A stretch of DNA of 40,156 bases from Jimgerdemannia flammicorona (lineage: Eukaryota): contig RBNJ01000126.1 in the NCBI GenBank assembly GCA_003990765.1, positions 1 through 40,156 of the forward strand, given 5' to 3'. The notes beneath the pieces are model-generated. The model saw only the letters and a list, made by a program, of their open reading frames with translations. It was not told the origin of the DNA and did no database searches. Made by a program: the position numbers and the translations under genes. Below are positions 34,538-40,156 of the stretch, in pieces (position 1 is the stretch's first letter; every line of letters begins with the position of its first letter).

Positions 34538-36454
34538 ATGGATGGCAATGATCGAACTGGTGAGCATACTAGCCAGGGGGGTGATGGTGCCTTTGGCTGG
34601 CAGCAGGTGGGGAGGAGAGGAGATGGTTTGAGAATACTAGGGACCTCGATGGCTAGCCGAGGCTCTGGTGGTAGAGGGAGGGGTGGGCTAAGGCAGAGAG
34701 GAGGGGAGAGGTTGACCTTCGCTGACAAGGTCAGGATGGGGAAGATGGCTGCAGGCCTTGATGGTTGGCTGGGCCTGGGGATGGCGTCGACAGCAGCTGC
34801 TGGGGGATAGGGAGGTATACCCAGGGGAGTCTCAGATAGCAGGGGAGGAGTGGGAGTAGGGGCTGGAGATATGACTACTGATGGAGCTGTGACTGGGGAT
34901 CTGGCAAAAAATCCAGATGTGACGGCGGCTGGCAATTTGGGACTTGGAGTGGGCATGAGGCCTGGGGACCTGACTGATGGGGTGATGGATATGGTGTCAG
35001 CCCTGTTACTCAAGAAGTCAAGATCAGAATTCATGGTCATGATGTGCTTCCAGGGCTTGGCAGTGATAGCGAGGATGATTTTGGGGCTTGTGGCACAGGA
35101 GACTAAGGGAGCAGTATTGGTGAAGTTCTTGAGGGGAAAGGAAGGGGTTGAGGTGGGGTTTGAAGAGGAAGACGCCATGTTGGCAGCTATGGAGAAGGGG
35201 GTGATGGTTGGTGGGATTGTGGTCCCTATGGCCTGGTGCATGTGCTGGGACCCCCGAGTGGTGCAGTTGACAGTGTTGGACCTCCTGACTGTATCAAAGG
35301 AAAGGATCAGGGAGTTGGTGATGGAGGCAGTCAAGGAGTATGGCAAGATTGTGGATGTTGGGTTCAAGGTTTGGGAGAGCATGGAGCTTAGAACTGGTGA
35401 TGTCAATGTCAGGGTGAGGCTGGCTGAAAAGAAGAATACAGGGAAGTTGAGGGACTGGTCAGCAGCACTGTGGTGGGGACCAGTGGAGTGTAAGGTCACC
35501 AGGGTGAAGGGGACTCAGGAGGAGGAGGAGGACCTGTTGGAGGCTCTGGAGGACCTGGAAGGGGCAGTGGCGAGGAGGAGATTGGCCTGGAAGGAGTTTG
35601 AGGCCAGGACAGTGGTGGGGGAGGTGGATGGGAAGAGGGTCCAGATGGAGAAGGGGGCCTGGGAGAAGATGCAGGGGAGGAGGATCCAGAAGAAGCTGTT
35701 GGCAAAGTTGGGCAGGGGTGGGGTGGGTGGAAGCTCAGGAGAGAGAGTTGCAGGGTTGCAGGAGAGCGCTTAGGCTGAGGGGGGAGAGATGGCCCAGAGC
35801 GGGGCTCAGACTAGAGTTGAGGAGAGGAGGGAGGGCAATTTGGAGGCAGATGCCGAAATGGGTAAGGGTGTGCACCCTCAGTATAGTGTTCCAGATAGGG
35901 CAGCGGGGGAGGAGGAGCTGATGGATGTGTCAGATGAGGAGTGGGATGAGTCGGTGAGAAGGAGTGCACTGGTGGACCCTGAGGTGGATGGAGGACAAAT
36001 CGCTCAGAGGGTGGTGGAGGCGGTGGATAAGGAGAAGTGGATGTGGAAGACCTTGGAAGGGGTGGTGGCTGAAGAGCTGGGGGGTGAGGACTTCAGAGTA
36101 TTGGAGGAGAAGCATTGGGAGGAGATCCTATAGGGGGAGGAGGTGCTGAGGAAGATGAGAAATGAGATCCTGGCAGTCCTCCTGGAGTCGGTTGAATATC
36201 AAGTTAATGATCAGTGAGAGGAGGAACTTAGGAGGATTGTGAGTGATAGAGCAATTTTTTTGTGGAATTCGAGGAAGGGACTGGAGAAGTGGCATGCCAT
36301 CTGCTTAGACTACTGGGCAGATATGGAGGAAGTGGACAGGGTGGAATGTCAGGAAATCTTGGGGGCTCTGGATGCTCAGGATAATGCAGAGGGTGACTTG
36401 GAAGCTGAGCAGCACTTGGATCTGGCAGAAGATGAGATGAGCATGGAATTATAG
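34538..36454 (+). pseudogene. LINE ORF1p (Gly/Arg-rich N-terminus, RRM-like region, coiled coil, helical C-terminal domain)
   Basis: Track ORFs starting 34199, 34850, 35789 and 36239 share one frame with ATG 34538; interrupted by a few stops. Confidence 0.8.
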
Positions 36455-36485
36455 GTTGGGGCCTCTATTACAACATTTCTTCAAT

Positions 36486-39400
36486 ATGAACAGTACAACT
36501 AGGATTTTCTCATTGAACGTTAATGGGCTATGGGGGTTGGCTAGGAGGAAGTATTTATTTTGTTGGCTTAAGGGACTGGATGCGGACCTCTTCTTACTGT
36601 AGGATGTTTATTATGAGGCAGATGTGGACTTACAGGATTAGACTAAGGAATGGGGGGGTGCAGCAGTTTGGAGAGGGAAAGTGTGTATTCTCATTTGGAA
36701 AGGGATGGGGGACATTGGGAACATTGGACATTGGGGGTCTTGGGTGGTGTGGAGAGTGTGAAAGAGGCCTGGATGGGGCCTGCTGATGGTTGGGTCCTGT
36801 TACTGCCTAGCTGAGAGAGGGGAGAGGGTGGAATGGATCTGCAGACTGAAAGAGACTGGTGTGTTGGGAGAAGTTGGGTTAGACTGTATGGGGGATGACT
36901 TCAATATGGTACAGGATAAGGAGTTAGACAGAACTAATGGAGGGAGAGGCATGCGGGGTGAAAGTAGTGGATTGGGTGACTGGTTGGAGATGGAGAGGTT
37001 GTGTTCACTAGTGGACTCAGGGAGACTTTTTTGGACTGAGCGGTGGATGTATATCCACTGGGCAGCAGGACTGGGCTCCAGGATTGATTGGGTTCTAATG
37101 GCGGAGTGTTGGGGAGCAGATGTCTGGTCAGCACTGGAAGTCATATGGTGTCCGTGGTCTGATCACTGGGGGCTGCTTGGAGGGGGGAGGTTTGGGGGAA
37201 ATGTAGATGGGCCTGGACATTGGTGACTAAATTCTTCCTTGTTAGAGGATAGAGTGTTGTAGGAGGGATGGGAATCGGAGGTGGTTGGAAATATCAGCAG
37301 GTGGTGGGAACATGGACTGGAGATTGGGGACTGCTAGAGGAGGCTGAAGGCGAAGGCTCAGGAGTATTGGAGGGAAGCAGAGAAAGGAAAGTGTACCCAG
37401 CAAAGACAGTGAGTGCTGTGGGCCTCACAGCATCTGGCGGCACTCATGGAGAGATGGGCAGGTGTGCTGGAGGATGGGGCCATGGCTGATTGGCATATTG
37501 TGAGGATCCGGCTAGAAGTGGAGGAGCTCAAAGGAGTGCTACACAGGGAGGAGGAGGAGCAGTTGCAGGGAACGGCGGCCTGCCTGCAGTAGCAGGGGCT
37601 TGAGGAGGAGGAGAGGCCTACCAGGTTCTTGTTGTGGTTGTTACAAGTATGACGGACAAGGCAGTGGTGGGAGGGAGTTTTGGACGAGAATGGTGAGTTG
37701 GTGGTGGAGACTTCGGTGATTCTGGACCTACTGCGAACCCAGTGGGGGAATCTTAAGAGTGAGGAGGATGGGGGATTGGATGCCCTGGACATTGAAAGAC
37801 AGCTGGGGGATTGGCACCCAGACTCTGTGATGGGACTTGGGGCATTGGGGGACCTGGTGAGTGGTGAGGAGATTTGCAGGGTTGTGGCCTCAATGAGTAA
37901 GGGGATGGCTCCGGGAGAGGATGGGCTCCCCTGGGATTTTTGGCAAAAGATGACTGGGGTGGGTGAGGTGCTAGAGGAAATGACTGCTATGTATGATGGA
38001 GCTCTTTGGTCTGGGGTCTGGATTGGGAGACAGCGTTTAGGACTTTTCTTCTTGCTCTTTAAGGACAAGGGTAGGCAAGAGGACTGGAAGAACTGGCGGC
38101 CAATTATGCTTCTCGATATGGACTGCAAATTGGTGACAAAAATCTTGGTGATGAGGTTGCAAGGAATCACTCAGCAGGTACTTGGTGTGGAGCAACATGG
38201 GTTTGTCGGTAGTCAGTTGATTCAAGATGGGACAGCCTGGGTTCATGGAGTGATTGAAGGTGCCTGGGTGACAGGGGTGGATGGTAGATTGGTGTTTCTG
38301 GACCAAGAGAAGGCTTATGATAGAGTGCAGAGAATATGGCTGGCAGGAGTGCTGAAGCAGATTGGTATCCCCCTGGGGATCCGAAGATCATTAATCAGCC
38401 TCTTGGAGAACAGTCAGGCAGCATTGGTCATCAATGGCCACAGGGGGGTGACCTTTCCCCTGGGACGTGGGGTACTACAAGGGGACCCCTTGTCACCCAT
38501 ATTGTATGCTCTTTCTCTGGAGCTGCTACTGGACAGGATTCAGAATAAGATTGGGGGTTTGGACATTTTAGGGGTAAACTGAAAGGCAGGAGCCTTTGCT
38601 GATGATATGGTGGTTGGGCTGGACTCCTTGGGAGATGTGGGAGAGTTACAGAGGACTGTGGAATGGTATGAGCAGGGTTCTGGTGCTAAACTTAACTGGC
38701 ATAAATGTGAGACACTGGTGCTGGGCACTGGAATTGTAGGAGGTGATGTTATTGGGATGGTGGTGCCAGCAGGTGAACCAGTGCGCTACTTGGGGATCTA
38801 CTTCTTGGTGTTCAGATCTCTTCTTCCCCAGGCATGGTGGAACCATAAACTTCTGGAGTGGGGTAATGTTCTGCTGCGATAGGGAGGCCAGCATATGTCT
38901 CTTGCCGGAAGGGTGATGGTGTTGAATATGTATTGGATGCCGAAGCTGTGGTATGTTGGATATTATTTGGATTTCCCAACCTGGGTGGTCAAGGAGTTGC
39001 TGAAGATGGCAAGGTCATAGATCTGGGGAGAGCGGCAAAGCCAGGTTGGTTGGGAGGTGCTCACACTGCCCTTGGAAAGAGGTGGGCTGGGCCTAGTGGA
39101 CTTTACTAAGCGGCTTCTATGTCTGAGAGCCTGGTGGCTACAAAGGGCGAGTGAGCTCTGGGGGCGGGAGTGGGTACCACTCATGCAGAGGTTGTGGGAG
39201 GTTTGGTACTCCCCACGTGGTGGCTCTGGGGATCTGCTTGCGATGGTGGCCATGGAAGGGAGCAGGAGGATGTGGTATATGGGCTTTTGGTGGGGGGTGG
39301 TGGATGGTGCTAAGAAGATTGGACTTCGGTGGCAAGGGGATGAAGCCGAGGAGAATTGGAGACCGCGGATATGGTGGTGGGACAGGCTTCTATTGGGTGG

Positions 39401-40090
39401 TGTTCTGGTGGAGGATTTTCAGCTTAGTGAGGACCTGGAGTGTCTGCAAGGCCTAGGTAGAGACCTGTGGCCAGAAGTCTGGCAGAGGGTTGGAATTGGG
39501 GAGAAGTGGGATTGGAATGGAGTCTGGCTTTGGAGCAAACAAGTGTGGCAGTGGCTGCCCCCCAAGTTCTGGGTGGTGTAGTGGCAGATCCTATGGCAGA
39601 ATGTGATGTTGAACTATCGGTCTGGACATTTGATGGATGGTGGGGTATTCGAGTGCAAGGATTGTTTTAATGTTGGTCAGGAGGGAGGAGTGGTACAAAT
39701 GCCTGAACATTGGCTTAGTGAATGCGAGGTTTTGGGGGAGTTTTGGAGATGTATTATGGACAGAGTAGGGCTGGGTACCATGGAGGGGGAGGGAGGGGGA
39801 GATGGGGAGAGCTCTGCCAGCAACTGGTGGGGGGAGTGGGGAACAAATGGCAGACCCTTAGTTGGGCTTTGGCTATGTGGGTTGGGTTGGCTGGGCATTG
39901 GGTCTATGTATTTGAGGAAGGGTGCTGGGTCAGGGTTGGTGACAAGGTGGCCCAGTGGGAGTGGTTGCTGTTGGACATTTTGAATAGCTGGTGGCAGGGT
40001 TGGGGGATGGGTGGGGGATCCCACAGGGGTCTGGTGCAGTGTATTGCCCAGAAGAGTGGTGGGAGGGTTCGGGTAGTGGGTAATTGGGTA
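36486..40090 (+). pseudogene. LINE ORF2p: APE endonuclease, RT and C-terminal CCHC
   Basis: SLNVNGL, GDDFN, SRID, SDH; APGEDGLP, NWRPIMLL, LDQEKAYDRV, GVLQGDPLSP, FADD, YLGI, GGLGL; CKDC...EHWLSEC. Confidence 0.95.
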
Positions 40091-40156
40091 GTGCTTGGGC
40101 GGGGGGAGGTTGAGGGGGGGGGGTTGGGCCCCTGGGGCATTGGTTGGGGGTAGGGG

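Larger units (their letters stand above)
34477..40156 (+). mobile_element. young L1/Tx1-like LINE, 3' end beyond the window
   Basis: G-rich sense strand with ORF1 and ORF2 in standard order. Confidence 0.93.

Noticed and set aside
34477-35499. 340-aa antisense ORF opposite LINE ORF1, and similar ones at 37358-38170 and 20967-21515
   Set aside because: The C-rich antisense strand of a G-rich coding region is naturally stop-poor; Ser/Pro/Thr low complexity and no motif

Overview
A 40 kb eukaryotic (probably fungal) nested transposon graveyard with no host gene I can recognise. It holds: (i) four degenerate Ty3/Gypsy LTR retrotransposons of three families, called A (two copies), B and C; A and C have the order PR-[Cys/His module]-dUTPase-RT-RH-IN; (ii) at least five L1/Tx1-like LINE copies, one full-length with a TSD and one near-complete and young; (iii) three hAT-type MITEs with 8-bp TSDs plus one decayed hAT end; (iv) a 1.5 kb non-autonomous poly(A) retroposon with a 17-bp TSD and a central G-rich VNTR (SVA-like architecture). 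Most copies are eroded by C>T/G>A hypermutation at CpG and CpA (RIP/methylation-like). The strongest candidates for new biology are a conserved accessory gene shared by all three Gypsy families, lying inside the LTR in A and probably in B, and the SVA-like VNTR retroposon. All alignments were done by eye; boundaries of decayed elements are approximate.
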